This document shows, in pieces, positions 27,299 through 38,112 of a stretch of 64,000 nt of DNA (position 1 is its first letter; each line of letters begins with the position of its first letter). The stretch comes from Squalus acanthias (lineage: Eukaryota), in the NCBI GenBank assembly GCA_030390025.1, contig JASTWF010000033.1, positions 1,614,001 through 1,678,000 of the forward strand, read 5' to 3'. The notes beneath the pieces were generated by a model that was not told the DNA's origin, made no database searches, and saw only the letters and a program-made list of their open reading frames with translations. The position numbers were made by a program, and so were the translations under genes.

Positions 27299-27368
27299 CA
27301 GGAACAACAAAAACAGCGAGGGTGGGATAATAAATCTTCTGTACACTATAAATTGCACGCAATGCCAT
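27299..27368 (-). CDS. GPR139/GPR142-like GPCR exon 1 (MALRAIYSVQKIYYPTLAVFVVP + 1 nt)
   Basis: ATG at 27368 with an in-frame TGA three codons upstream. Donor CCTG|gtaagt at 27299/27298. The phase-1 join gives ...YYPTLAVFVVP-V-NLMTIVIL, a continuous TM1. The spliced product is 323 aa and the intron is 3872 bp. Confidence 0.85.
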
Positions 27369-27469
27369 ATTTTCTCATGGAGGACTCCGATCCGTTTTTC
27401 CAACTTCTGCTGAACGCTGACCCCGGGTTGTTCTGCAGACCAAGCTCCGTGAGACACTCTGGGTTAACA

Positions 27470-27580
27470 CACTGAGCGAAGGCCCTTATGTAAGGCGAGA
27501 GAAATCTCCACTGACATAATTAGGGCGCAAGGAGACTGGCATTATTTACAGTGACTGAATAAACAAATTCAGTTAATCTC
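27470..27580 (-). promoter_or_regulatory. Candidate proximal promoter of the GPCR
   Basis: On the minus strand: TATA-like TACATAA (~27486-27492), TAATTA (~27517-27522) and forkhead-like TGTTTATT (~27558-27565), 120-200 bp upstream of the ATG. Motif inspection only. Confidence 0.3.
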
Positions 27581-28364
27581 TTTTACACAACGTGTTGCAA
27601 TATCATAAACTATATTTAGCCCGATATTGCACAGATGTAAAGTGAATCTCCCCAAAGCTCAGGGTTAATCAGATTATGTGGAATCGTCAGTATGACCGCA
27701 TTGGGTGAAGCGAGAACAGGTTTAGTTACAGGTTTCTGATGATCTCTGTGATAATGAGGTTCTGTAATTTCAGAGAATTTCTATCCAATTCTCAGTGTGG
27801 ACTTTAACCTCAGTCAGTGAAAGCAAACCATCTGTTTGAACCCCCGGGAATATCCTTTGCTCATTTCTGAAGATCCATGGCAAACATTGTCCTATTTCCA
27901 TTGCCCTTAAAATGCAGACACACTCCTGGCGACCGCAAAGAATGTGTGCACATGACCCGTGAATCTTTCCCAGAAATACACAACCATTGACGCTGTACAT
28001 AGTCAGATATGGCCATGTACCTGCTCTAAACATTGAAACATTCCTGAGGACTCCCCACTAATATTGATACACCTCCAGGAACCGGTATAACAAGATCCCA
28101 AGAGCCCCAACCCTGTAGATGGTGATGTAATCATTGGTACCTGAATAAACATGTACAATTGCATGGAACTTACTGGAGTTATGGCATAATTCCTGGGAAC
28201 CCATTCGCAAATACTAACTATTCCACAGAACCCCTGCAAAGAACTCACTGTCAGGAGTCCTTACACTTATTTTCTCACTTCCAGTTGCATAGTGCAAATA
28301 AATCACATTTCCAGGGATCGCCATCAGACAAAGAGCTAATCCCTAAATTGTTACCGGAGACTTC

Positions 28365-28605
28365 AGTTATGTGGAGAGACTAGATAATCTGGGATTGTTC
28401 TTCTTAGAGCAGAGAGGGTTAAATGGAGATTTAAATGAGGCGATCAAAATCATGAAGTGTTTGATAGAGTATATAGGGAGAAACTGTTTCCACTGGCAGG
28501 AGGGTCGGTAACCAAAGGACACAGATTTAGGATAATTTGCAAGAAAAATCCAGGCGGAATATCAGGATCATTGCTGTAATGCGGCAATTTGTTCTGATCT
28601 GGAAT
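28365..28605 (+). mobile_element. CR1 3'-region fragment
   Basis: ttagagcagagagggttaaatggagattt...gagaaactgtttccactggcaggagggtcggtaacc..ggacacagattta, typical of the CR1 ORF2 end. Confidence 0.7.
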
Positions 28606-31050
28606 ATAGCTCTAGAAATTGTACAAGGCCTGAAAACAGGCGCAGGCAGCGCAAAGCTCGATCTGCCCCAGTCCTTTCTAAGTGTTGCAGGCAGCACACA
28701 CAATTTGTGCTGCCTGCTTATTGTAATGATTGCAGTGCTGATCTCAGCGCTAAATCCGCTGCTGATTGGCTTAGTGCTGAGCAGGAGGGACAATATCCAG
28801 TGCATTCTACTGGCCAATAAAGTTTGGCCTAGGTTCGCTGCACTATTAAAGAGGAAATGCCTTGTTGCAGAAGCACCTCATTGTCATTGTGGAGAAAACC
28901 ATGTTCCAACAGCTAAGAGAAAGGACGAGGTGATTTTCAGATGCAGCAATGGAGGCCTTGGTGCTCGAGTTTCAAAGACGCTGTCAGGCCGTCTATGTAA
29001 GAGTGGCAAGAGGCTGTCAGGGAAGGACAACAGAAGGCTGCGGGAGGTGATCGCTGAAGCCGTCAGTGCGACAAGTGTTAGCCCCAAGACCTGGATGCAA
29101 TCCCGCAAAAAGTTTAATGACCTCAGACGAGTGGTCAAGGTGGGTGAATGCATCATCAAATGCCATATCGCACCATCTGCACCACAAGCCTCACACATTG
29201 CTCCAATGCAACACACTGATGGTGTAGGCATGGATATCTTGCTATCCCCCATCCTTCACCACATCTCGACCCTTGTGCCTTTCTCCTTTCAGATACACAC
29301 GAATTCCAACTACGCCAACCTGTCCCCGAATCTTTGGAGGAGAGCAGTGCAGGAGCACCGTCAATGCATCTGATATTCACAGGCTCCAGCTCAGAAAATG
29401 GCACTGCGAAGATTTTAGAGTGTAGTATAGAGGCAGGCTATGCAGGAGGTGAGTTACTGGACACCAGTGGGCTGCAGCCAGGTCAGGGGGAAAGGATAGA
29501 TGGGTGTCAGCTTTCCAGTGGGTGAGGTCATGCACGAGTTATGATGCACAGGAATCAGATCAGTACCTCAATGGGACGTCCATCAGAAGAAGGGTGATGA
29601 GTATGCACACTGAAATACTAGGTGCAATGGCAAGCCTGCCAGAGGGCCTCTTGTCAGTGCCAAGGAGCATGGAGATGTCCAGCAACAACATTGCACAGGA
29701 ATTTGCACGGAGCTTGGAGCCCGTGATTTCCAGGATGGAAATGATGGGCAACTTCATGAGAGACCTAGTAGACCCAGCCATGATGCTGTGTGTGATGGGT
29801 GATGTCACAGCTTCCATTGCAGCACAGGCGGAAGCGACCCAACGTCTCAGTACTGCAGTGGAAGCTCACATTGCTGCCATCGTGGCTGGATTTACGAGTA
29901 TGAAGTGCGGGGTCTCACAGCACTCCGGCAATCTTTCACCAAATAGAAGGCTAGAATTGCTGAGGCGCCGCCCTGGGAAGTGGCAGTGCCTCCACAGAGC
30001 AAGAACCTGCAGTCCTCTCTCAGGATGACAGCATTCATACTCCCACCACTGCAACTCTGGCAGTGCCCTTGCTGCTGCCTGTCATCCAGCCAACTCAGGC
30101 TGCTGCCGTCCATGCCGAGGTGGTGCGGTCTACAGCCGTGCATTCTAGGCCCAGAGCTGCTCGAGGTCCTCCTGCAAGGCCATCTGCAGTCTCCCCATTG
30201 AAAGTCAGCAGCCTTCCATCAGCCATTCTGTACTCACTGGGGGAGCACTTCGTACGAGCACGTGAGTAGGAGAAGCAACACGAAAGAAAGACAGACACTG
30301 AGGGAAAGCACAAGAGTGATTAGAGTTGACTTTGTTATTCTGATTATGATTTGATAACTTTATAAATTATGTTTGGAATGTTTGTTTTGTGGTGGCTCTC
30401 ATTTCAGCTTTTTGACCAGGAAGACGCTGTGATGTTCTGTGACAGAGGGATGGTAAGATGGGGAACTGGTGAGCAGCAGGCATGTGGAGTTTCATTCACT
30501 GGAACTGGAATCTGATGAGGCGCTCACGGACAGCCTGTCCAGAACAATGATCTACTGCCTGATCCTCCCTTCTCCCTCCTCCTCTTCTTCGTTCTCCTGC
30601 TCTTCCATTTCTACCTATTCCGTCTCCTGCTCTTCCTCCTCCTGCCCTTCCTCCTCTTCCTCCTCCTCCTGAGGTGGTCCCAGAACCCGTGGTGGCAATC
30701 ACTTCTCCCTCAAGATGCCCACGTTGTGGCGCATGCAGCAGATCACCACTAAATGGGACTCCAGTGTTTACTGGAGAGCTCCTCATGAGCCGTCAAGGCT
30801 GAGGGACCGTTGCTTTAACACCCCGATAGTCTGCGCGATGAGGTACCTCGTGGCAGCATGGCTCTCATTATATGATTGCTGGCCCCGAGTGGTGGGGTAT
30901 TGGTGAGGTGTCACCAGCCAGGTGCATAGCGAAAAGCCCTTGTCTCCGAGCAGCCACCCTTTGGTTTGACATGGTGGCTGGAAGATTGCTGGCACACCAG
31001 ACTGGTGCAGGATGAAGGCATCATGACTGCTGCCAGGATAACAGGCAATC
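28606..31050. mobile_element. Decayed PIF/Harbinger DNA transposon with two convergent genes
   Basis: + strand Myb/SANT-like peptide AEAVSATSVSPKTWMQSRKKFNDLRRVVK (~29050-29140). Minus-strand Harbinger transposase C-terminal half, followed by an acidic tail. TIRs and TSD not confidently identified. Confidence 0.85.
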
Positions 31051-31052
31051 AC
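30495..31052 (-). pseudogene. Harbinger (HARBI1-like) DDE transposase remnant
   Basis: Peptide YPGSSHDAFIL...WLLGDKGFSLCTWLVTP...YNESHAATRYLIAQTIGVLKQR, followed by frameshifts and a Glu-rich tail. The N-terminal half is missing. Confidence 0.85.
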
Positions 31053-31124
31053 CCCAATGTGGGGCTCGACCGAACCTCCCTGTAAGTTAAGAGTCTCAGA
31101 GTGTACCGGGTAAACCAGCCAGAA
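31051..31124 (-). pseudogene. Degenerate tRNA-Lys(CTT)
   Basis: The + strand cccaatgtggggctcga...ccctg..ttaagagtctca...taccg...agcc aligns with the reverse complement of vertebrate tRNA-Lys-CTT, with many substitutions. Confidence 0.65.
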
Positions 31125-32059
31125 CTATTGCTGGCTTACCCTTATCTGTTGTTACAGGGAGGGAGCTGTCGGCTCAGCATGTTCTACAAATAATGAAGCA
31201 GGTTCTCCAGAATTCCAAGGTGTAGAAATAAATCGGCCAACATCAATAAACAATCATATAATTTAGATCGTTGGTGGGAAGGGCTGAGGCTCCATCCCCG
31301 TCCTGAGGTATATTAATTTATTCACTCTGCTCTGTATTGAACTGTAATATCATTTTAGCTGCTCAATTTCTGATTTGATGCTGATAAATAAATTGACATA
31401 TAAGTGGAAAAAGTATATTTGTTTCATGCAGCCACAGACACAGTTTATTTCTCAGTCACTTTCCCCTTTGATCGATTAGTGGCCAATTATTCCCAGAAGC
31501 TCAAAACTAAATATTGCACTGAGAAAAAAAAACAGCAGCAAACAAGAGGATAAGCCCAGTGACTCAGGGAGTGTGTACGGGATTGCGCTGCCTGAAAGGG
31601 CGGTGGAAGCAGATTCAATAGGAACTTTCAAAAGGGAATTGGATAAATTATTGAACAGGAAAAATTTGCAGGGCTGATATCTGAGACCTACATACACAAA
31701 GAGAGCACACTCACATGTCTGTGTGTGTGTTTAAATCTTTGCCTCAAGTACTGCATAACTACTCTACCAGGTCCTTGATAGTAAAGTGATCAGTATTCAA
31801 TTTCCCGACAGCTTCCCTCTGTCTGTGTGTCTCTGTGTTTCTTTCTGTCTCTGAGAAAAGCTACGGCCCGGATTCGATTAACGGTAAGGAAACATTGGGT
31901 TTTCTGACTGTTTGAACTGCCACCAATCAAAGCAGCCTGATGAAGCTTTCAACTTGCTGCACCGCTGATACTGCCGCAACAGTCAGCAGCGCATCATTCG
32001 TTACAGCAATCCAAAATACACTTCCTTGCGCTCCAGCCCCGGCCTGTGATCTCTTCTCT

Positions 32060-32405
32060 CCTCACTCAGTGGGCTACTGAGCAATGCAGGAAGGGCTCAG
32101 GCCTAATGAATATCTTCATGCTCAGGTTAAGTTATCACTGCCCAGGCACTCTCTGATTCCAGTCTTGCACACGTTGCTAAGTTTCGAATGCTGCATTTTT
32201 CACACTGGCAACGAATTGATTGATAGCCATGCCTGTGATAAGCTAAGTGTGTTAGGGAAATGCAGTGGGCAAAAAGATACACGGAAGACTGATAATAACC
32301 GTGACTGTCCTGACACTGTGAGCTGCAGTTAAATGTTGGCAACATTTCAAGTCTCAATCAGCAAGTCTAATAGTTGACAGAAAGGGCTAATCATTTCCTG
32401 CCTTC
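32060..32405 (-). repeat. Inverted copy of part of the 2.03-kb unit, capping the left end of the array
   Basis: Reverse complement of the unit segment at ~34190-34507. Confidence 0.9.
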
Positions 32406-32896
32406 AGTCTGAGCATGAAGATACACATTAGGCCTGAGCCCTTCCTGTATTGCCCACTGAGTGAGGAACGAAGAGACCACAGGCCGGGGATGCAGCCTGG
32501 AAATTTTCAGTTCTGTGTGGGAGCACCATACCTGCGGCTGAAGATTGAACTTGGCATCATTTCAGCTTGGCTCGTGATCAGTGCGGCTCAGCGAGACTTC
32601 GGCCCGTCTCACCCTTCACAACCCATCAGTGCGGAGAAAAGAACATTGAATTTCACACATGTGTTGTGTTCTGTAACTGTATTGGTGCATTCCACGCTGT
32701 GTCCAACACGGTGAGGTCTCCCCGGCTGTGTCAGCTTTGTATCTTTATCCACAAGCCAGCTTTACATTAACACAACCTGAGCTCCGAGATCTGGTCGGGT
32801 CACATTGCCCGAAGTGAGGAATGAGCCGGATGAGCAATGCCACCCGGGGTTAGAAAATCCTCCAAAAGAATGACACAAGATGGAATTTGCTGTGAG

Positions 32897-32969
32897 GCCG
32901 AAATAGCTCAGTTGGAAGAGCGTTAGACTAAAGATCCAACGGTCCCTGGTTCGATCCAGGGTTCCGGCA
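32897..32969 (+). pseudogene. tRNA-Phe-derived copy, anticodon mutated to AAA (unit 1)
   Basis: GCCGAAATAGCTCAG...GGTTCGATCC, with changes in the D-loop, anticodon stem and acceptor stem. Confidence 0.8.
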
Positions 32970-33034
32970 GGTTTTAGTTACTTTTTGTCTGCTTCACTAT
33001 AAGAGGAACGATTCAGGAGAGATTTTTCACTTCT

Positions 33035-33137
33035 GAGCCAGCGTCTACCAAAGAAATGGGCCCGAACCACGTTAGATCCGGCTCCAGCCGCCCGCTGCTG
33101 GTTCGAATCCAGTCGGGGTCCCGCCGGCTCTCTTTTT
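33035..33137 (+). ncRNA. Candidate tRNA-Trp-like Pol III small RNA (unit 1)
   Basis: B box GGTTCGAATCC at 33100-33110 inside the T-arm GCTGG/CCAGT; terminal stem GAGCCAGCG/CGCCGGCTC; TTTTT terminator. Confidence 0.5.
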
Positions 33138-33389
33138 ACCGGGACAGTGTTGGAGGGAGGGGCTGTTCAGCGGTGGTGCGATAATAAATTTTAGAATGAG
33201 TTTTGTTAGATTAAAGAGCTCTTTCTCTGTAACTTTCGATTGACACTCTGCCCAGTTGTATACAGGAACAGTTGACAATGTTTAAGCGATGTGGTGTGTT
33301 CAATGTTTGTGCAGTAACTCGGTCACCGAGTATGAGCCTGAAAAACAATTTCCCAGCCTGGGTTTGTGCCTATCTACTGAGCGCTTTGC

Positions 33390-33464
33390 GGCCGGTTAGC
33401 TCAGTTGGTGAGAGCGTGGTCCGAATAACGCTCAAGGTCGCGGGTTCGATCCCCGTACGGGCCA
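33390..33464 (+). pseudogene. tRNA-Ile(AAT), damaged anticodon arm (unit 1)
   Basis: GGCCGGTTAGCTCAG...CCCCGTACGGGCCA, with CCGAAT in place of GCTAAT and a 1-nt insertion. Confidence 0.8.
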
Positions 33465-33979
33465 TCAGAATGTTTTCATAATTTTACGCTTTTCTCGCAC
33501 ATTTCAAATAGAAACTTTATAATGAAACCAATCCACGCAGACTCTCACGGGGGATTTATTTGGAATAACATCCATTGCACCTTTGCCACCGAGGCGGAGA
33601 GACGTTTATTTGTGTTTGTAGGTTTGCTGATGAACGTTCAACTGGCGGCCTGTTCCCGTTAATGGTCACAAGCGGGTAAGAGACAGACAGAGCGGCTCTG
33701 ACCCCGCGAGATGGGCAAAAGGCTCAGGAGTAACTGCATCAATGAAATGTAGGCCCGCCCCCGAGAGAGGCAACATCCAGAGCACAGAAGGAAATCGATT
33801 TCAAGTGCATGCCTACCCGCACTTGCTGCCGTGGTTTCGCGAACACGTCTTTTGTGTTCTCAACTAAAACATGTCATTTTGTACGAACAGTTTGCCTGGC
33901 GCGAAAGTATCTGAATTTCAAAGGAGCACGCAGGAAAGACTGCCTTGCTGTGCTTTCTGGCAGGTAGCTTGCTGGAGCT

Positions 33980-34051
33980 TCCCTGGTGGTGTAGTGGTTA
34001 GGATTCGGCGCTTTCACCACCGCGGCCCGGGTTCGATTCCCGGTCAGGGAA
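33980..34051 (+). tRNA. tRNA-Glu(TTC) (unit 1), with D-stem and anticodon-stem mismatches
   Basis: TCCCTGGTGG...CGGCG-CT-TTC-AC-CACCG...GGTTCGATTCCCGGTCAGGGAA. Confidence 0.75.
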
Positions 34052-34926
34052 CAGTGCGTTTTGGGGCTGTTTGAATTGCCACCATTCAACGCACGTTCGT
34101 GAAATAATGCTTGCCCTTGATCGAACAAAACAGTGATGCAAAATGCACTGCCTTGATTTCTGCAACATGCATGCTGTTTCAAAGTCAGCAGGAAATGATT
34201 AGCCCTTTCTGTCAACTTTTAGACTTGCTGATTGACACTTGAAATGTTGCCAACTTTTTACTGCAGCTCACAGTGTCAGGACAGTCACGGTTATTATCAG
34301 TCTTCCGTGTATCTTCTTGCCCACTGCATCTCCCTAACAAACTTAGCTTATCAATCAATTCGTTGCCAGTGTGAAAAATGCAGCATTCGAAACTTAGCAA
34401 CGTGTGCAAGACTGGAATCAGAGAGTGCCTGGTCAGTGATAACTTAACCTGAGCATGAAGATATTCATTAGGCCTGAGCCCTTCCTGTATTGCCCACTGA
34501 ATGAGGAACGAAGAGCCCACAGACCGGGGATGGAGCCTGGGCATTTTCAGTTCTGTGTGGGAGCACCATACCTGCGGCTGAAGATTGAACTTGACATCAT
34601 TTCAGCTTGGCTCGTGCTCAGTGAGACTTCGGCCCGTCTCTCCCTTCACAACCCATCAGTGCGGAGAAAAGAACATTGAATTTTACACATGTGTTGTGTT
34701 CTGTAACTGTATCGGTGCATTCCACGCTGTGTCCAACACGGTGAGGTCCCCCCGGCTGTGTCAGCTTTGTATCTTTATCCACAACCCAGCTTTACATGAA
34801 CACAACCTGAGCTCCGAGATCTGGTCGGGTCACATTGCCCGAAGTGAGGAATGAGCCGGAGGAGTAATGCCACCCGGGGTTAGAAAATCCTCCAAAAGAA
34901 TGACACAAGATGGAATTTGCTTTGAG

Positions 34927-34999
34927 GCCGAAATAGCTCAGTTGGGAGAGCGTTAGACTGAAGATCTAAAGGTCTCTGGTTCGATCCCGGGTTTGGGCA
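34927..34999 (+). tRNA. tRNA-Phe(GAA) (unit 2)
   Basis: Near-canonical 73-mer with a G:G acceptor mismatch (TTTGGGC), followed by T-runs. Confidence 0.85.
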
Positions 35000-35064
35000 G
35001 GTTTTAGTTACTTTTTGTCTCCTTCACTATAAGAGGAACGATTCAGGAGAGATTTTCCACTTCT

Positions 35065-35167
35065 GAGCTCGCGTCTACCAAAGAAATGGGCCCGAACCAC
35101 GTTAGATCCGGCTCCAGCCGCCCGCTGCTGGTTCGAATCCAGTCGGGGTCCCGCCGGCTCTCTTTTT
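35065..35167 (+). ncRNA. Candidate tRNA-Trp-like Pol III small RNA (unit 2)
   Basis: Same architecture as 33035-33137. Confidence 0.5.
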
Positions 35168-35418
35168 ACCGGGACAGTGTTGGAGGGAGGGGCTGTTCAG
35201 CGGTGGTGCGATAATAAATTTTAGAATGAGTTTTGTTAGATTAAAGAGCTCTTTCTCTGTAACTTTCGATTGACACTCTGCCCAGTTGTATACAGGAACA
35301 GTTGACAATGTTTAAGCGATGTGGTGTGTTCAATGTTTGTGCAGTAACTCGGTCACCCAGTATGAGCCTGAAAACAATTTCCCAGCCTGGGTTTGTGACT
35401 ATGTAGTGGGCGCTTTGC

Positions 35419-35493
35419 GGCCGGTTAGCTCAGTTGGCGAGAGCGTGTTGCTAATAACGCTCAAGGTCGCGGGTTCGATCCCCGTACGGGCCA
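35419..35493 (+). tRNA. tRNA-Ile(AAT) (unit 2), with a 1-nt insertion and a stem mismatch
   Basis: Matches the vertebrate Ile-AAT body; anticodon loop CT-AAT-AA. Confidence 0.75.
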
Positions 35494-36008
35494 TCAGAAT
35501 GTTTTCATAATTTTACGCTTTTCTCGCACATTTCAAATAGAAACTTTATAATGAAACCAATCCACGCAGACTCTCACGGGGGATTTATTTGGAATAACAT
35601 CCATTGCACCTTTGCCACCGAGGCGGAGAGACGTTTATTTGTGTTTCTGGGTTTGCTGATGAACGTTGAACTGGCGGCCTGTTCCCGTTAATGGTCACAA
35701 GCGGGTAAGAGACAGGCAGAGCGGCTCTGACCCCGCGAGATGGGCAAAAGGCTCAGGAGTAACTGCATCAATGAAATGTAGGCCCGGCCCCGAGAGAGGC
35801 AACATCCAGAGCACAGAAGGAAATCGATTTCAAGTGCATGCCTACCCGCACTTGCTGCCGTGGTTTCGCGAACACGTCTTTTGTGTTCTCAACTAAAACA
35901 TGTCATTTTGTACGAACAGTTTCCCTGGCGCGAAAGTATCTGAATTTCAAAGGAGCACGCAGGAAAGACTGCCTTGCTGTGCTTTCTGGCAGGTAGTTTG
36001 CTGGAGCT

Positions 36009-36080
36009 TCCCTGGTGGTCTAGTGGTTAGGATTCGGCGCTTTTACCACCGCGGCCCGGGTTCGATTCCCGGTCAGAAAC
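36009..36080 (+). pseudogene. tRNA-Glu body with TTT anticodon (unit 2)
   Basis: Loop CT-TTT-AC; acceptor 3' strand TCAGAAA instead of TCAGGGA. Confidence 0.75.
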
Positions 36081-36958
36081 CAGTGTGTTTTGGGGCTGTT
36101 TGAATTGCCACCATTCAACGCACGTTCGTGAAATAATGCTTGCCCTTGATCGAACAAAACAGTGATGCAAAATGCACTGCCTTGATTTCTGCAACATGCA
36201 TGCTGTTTCAAAGTCAGCAGGAAATGATTAGCCTTTTCTGTCAACTTTTAGACTTGCTGATTGACACTTGAAATGTTGCCAACTTTTTACTGCAGTGTCA
36301 GGACAGTCACGGTTATTATCAGTCTTCCGTGTATCTTCTTGCCCACTGCATCTCCCTAACAAACTTAGCTTATCAATCAATTCGCTGCCAGTGTGAATAA
36401 TGCAGCATTCGAAACTTAGCAACGTGTGCAAGACTGGAATCAGAGAGTGCCTGGTCAGTGATAACTTAACCTGAGCATGAAGATATTCATTAGGCCTGAG
36501 CCCTTCCTGTATTGCCCACTGAGTGAGGAACGAAGAGCCCACAGACCGGGGATGGAGCCTGGGCATTTTCAGTTCTGTGTGGGAGCACCATACCTGCGGC
36601 TGAAGATTAAACTTGACATCATTTCAGCTTGGTTCGTGATCAGTGCGGCTCAGTGAGACTTCGGCCCGTCTCTCCCTTCACAACCCATCAGTGCGGAGAA
36701 AAGAACATTGAATTTTACACATGTGTTGTGTTCTGTAACTGTATCGGTGCATTCCACGCTGTGTCCAACACGGTGAGGTCCCCCCGGCTGTGTCAGCTTT
36801 GTATCTTTATCCACAACCCAGCTTTACATGAACACAACCTGAGCTCCAAGATCTGGTCGGGTCACATTGCCCGAAGTGAGGAATGAGCCGGAGGAGTAAT
36901 GCCACCCGGGGTTAGAAAATCCTCCAAAAGAATGACACAAGATGGAATTTGCTTTGAG

Positions 36959-37031
36959 GCCGAAATAGCTCAGTTGGGAGAGCGTTAGACTGAAGATCTA
37001 AAGGTCTCTGGTTCGATCCCGGGTTTGGGCA
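36959..37031 (+). tRNA. tRNA-Phe(GAA) (unit 3)
   Basis: Same sequence as the unit 2 copy. Confidence 0.85.
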
Positions 37032-37096
37032 GGTTTTAGTTACTTTTTGTCTCCTTCACGAAAAGAGGAACGATTCAGGAGAGATTTTCCACTTCT

Positions 37097-37199
37097 GAGC
37101 TCGCGTCGACCAAAGAAATGGGCCCGAAACACGTTAGATCCGGCTCCAACCGCCCGCTCCTGGTTCGAATCCAGTCGGGGTCCCGCCGGCTCTCTTTTT
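37097..37199 (+). ncRNA. Candidate tRNA-Trp-like Pol III small RNA (unit 3, several private substitutions)
   Basis: B box and terminator intact; the CGGC/GCCG hairpin and the first T-stem base are altered. Confidence 0.4.
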
Positions 37200-37451
37200 A
37201 CCTGGACAGTGTTGGAGGGAGGGGCTGTTCAGCGGTGGTGCGATAATAAATTTTAGAATGAGTTTTGTTAGATTAAAGAGCTCTTTCTCTGTAACTTTCG
37301 ATTGACACTCTGCTCAGTTGTATACAGGAACAGTTGACAATGTTTAAGCGATGTGGTGTGTTCAATGTTTGTGCAGTAACTCGGTCACCCAGTATGAGCC
37401 TGAAAAACAATTTCCCAGCCTGGGTTTGTGACTATGTAGTGGGCGCTTTGC

Positions 37452-37525
37452 GGCCGGTTAGCTCAGTTGGTGAGAGCGTGTTGCTAATAACGCCAAGGTC
37501 GCGGGTTCGATCCCCGTACGGGCCA
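37452..37525 (+). tRNA. tRNA-Ile(AAT) (unit 3)
   Basis: 74-mer with one anticodon-stem mismatch (TGTTG/CGCCA). Confidence 0.85.
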
Positions 37526-38040
37526 TCAGAATGTTTTCATAATTTTACGCTTTTCTCGCACATTTCAAATAGAAACTTTATAATGAAACCAATCCACGCA
37601 GACTCTCACGGGGGATTTATTTGGAATAACATCCATTGCACCTTTGCCACCGAGGCGGAGAGACGTTTATTTGTGTTTCTGGGTTTGCTGATGAACGTTG
37701 AACTGGCGGCCTGTTCCCGTTAATGGTCACAAGCGGGTAAGAGACAGACAGAGCGGCTCTGACCCCGCGAGATGGGCAAAAGGCTCAGGAGTAACTGAAT
37801 CAATGAAATGTAGGCCCGGCCCCGAGAGAGGCAACATCCAGAGCACAGAAGGAAATCGATTTCAAGTGCATGCCTACCCGCACTTGCTGCCGTGGTTTCG
37901 CGAACACGTCTTTTGTGTTCTCAACTAAAACATGTCATTTTGTACGAACAGTTTCCCTGGCGCGAAAGTATCTGAATTTCAAAGGAGCACGCAGGAAAGA
38001 CTGCCTTGCTGTGCTTTCTGGCAGGTAGTTTGCTGGAGCT

Positions 38041-38112
38041 TCCCTGGTGGTCTAGTGGTTAGGATTCGGCGCTTTTACCACCGCGGCCCGGGTTCGATTC
38101 CCGGTCAGAGAA
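38041..38112 (+). tRNA. tRNA-Glu body with TTT anticodon (unit 3), possibly a pseudogene
   Basis: Loop CT-TTT-AC; acceptor 3' strand TCAGAGA; A and B boxes intact. Confidence 0.7.

Noticed and set aside
31051..31070. Retroviral tRNA-Lys primer-binding site
   Set aside because: Similarity continues over a whole tRNA length, with no TGG (CCA complement) and no adjacent LTR, so it is a tRNA pseudogene
31937..31962. CTGATGA hammerhead-like word
   Set aside because: No stem II followed by GAAA at a suitable distance
33035..33137. Naming the ~103-nt element as vault RNA or tRNA-Sec
   Set aside because: It lacks the vault A-box word (TAGCTCAGCGG) and does not match the tRNA-Sec sequence or long variable arm; left as unassigned
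36033..36050. Possible ochre-suppressor (TTA) anticodon in the Glu-derived tRNAs
   Set aside because: With the anticodon stem in register (CGGCG/CACCG) the loop is CT-TTT-AC, so the anticodon is TTT
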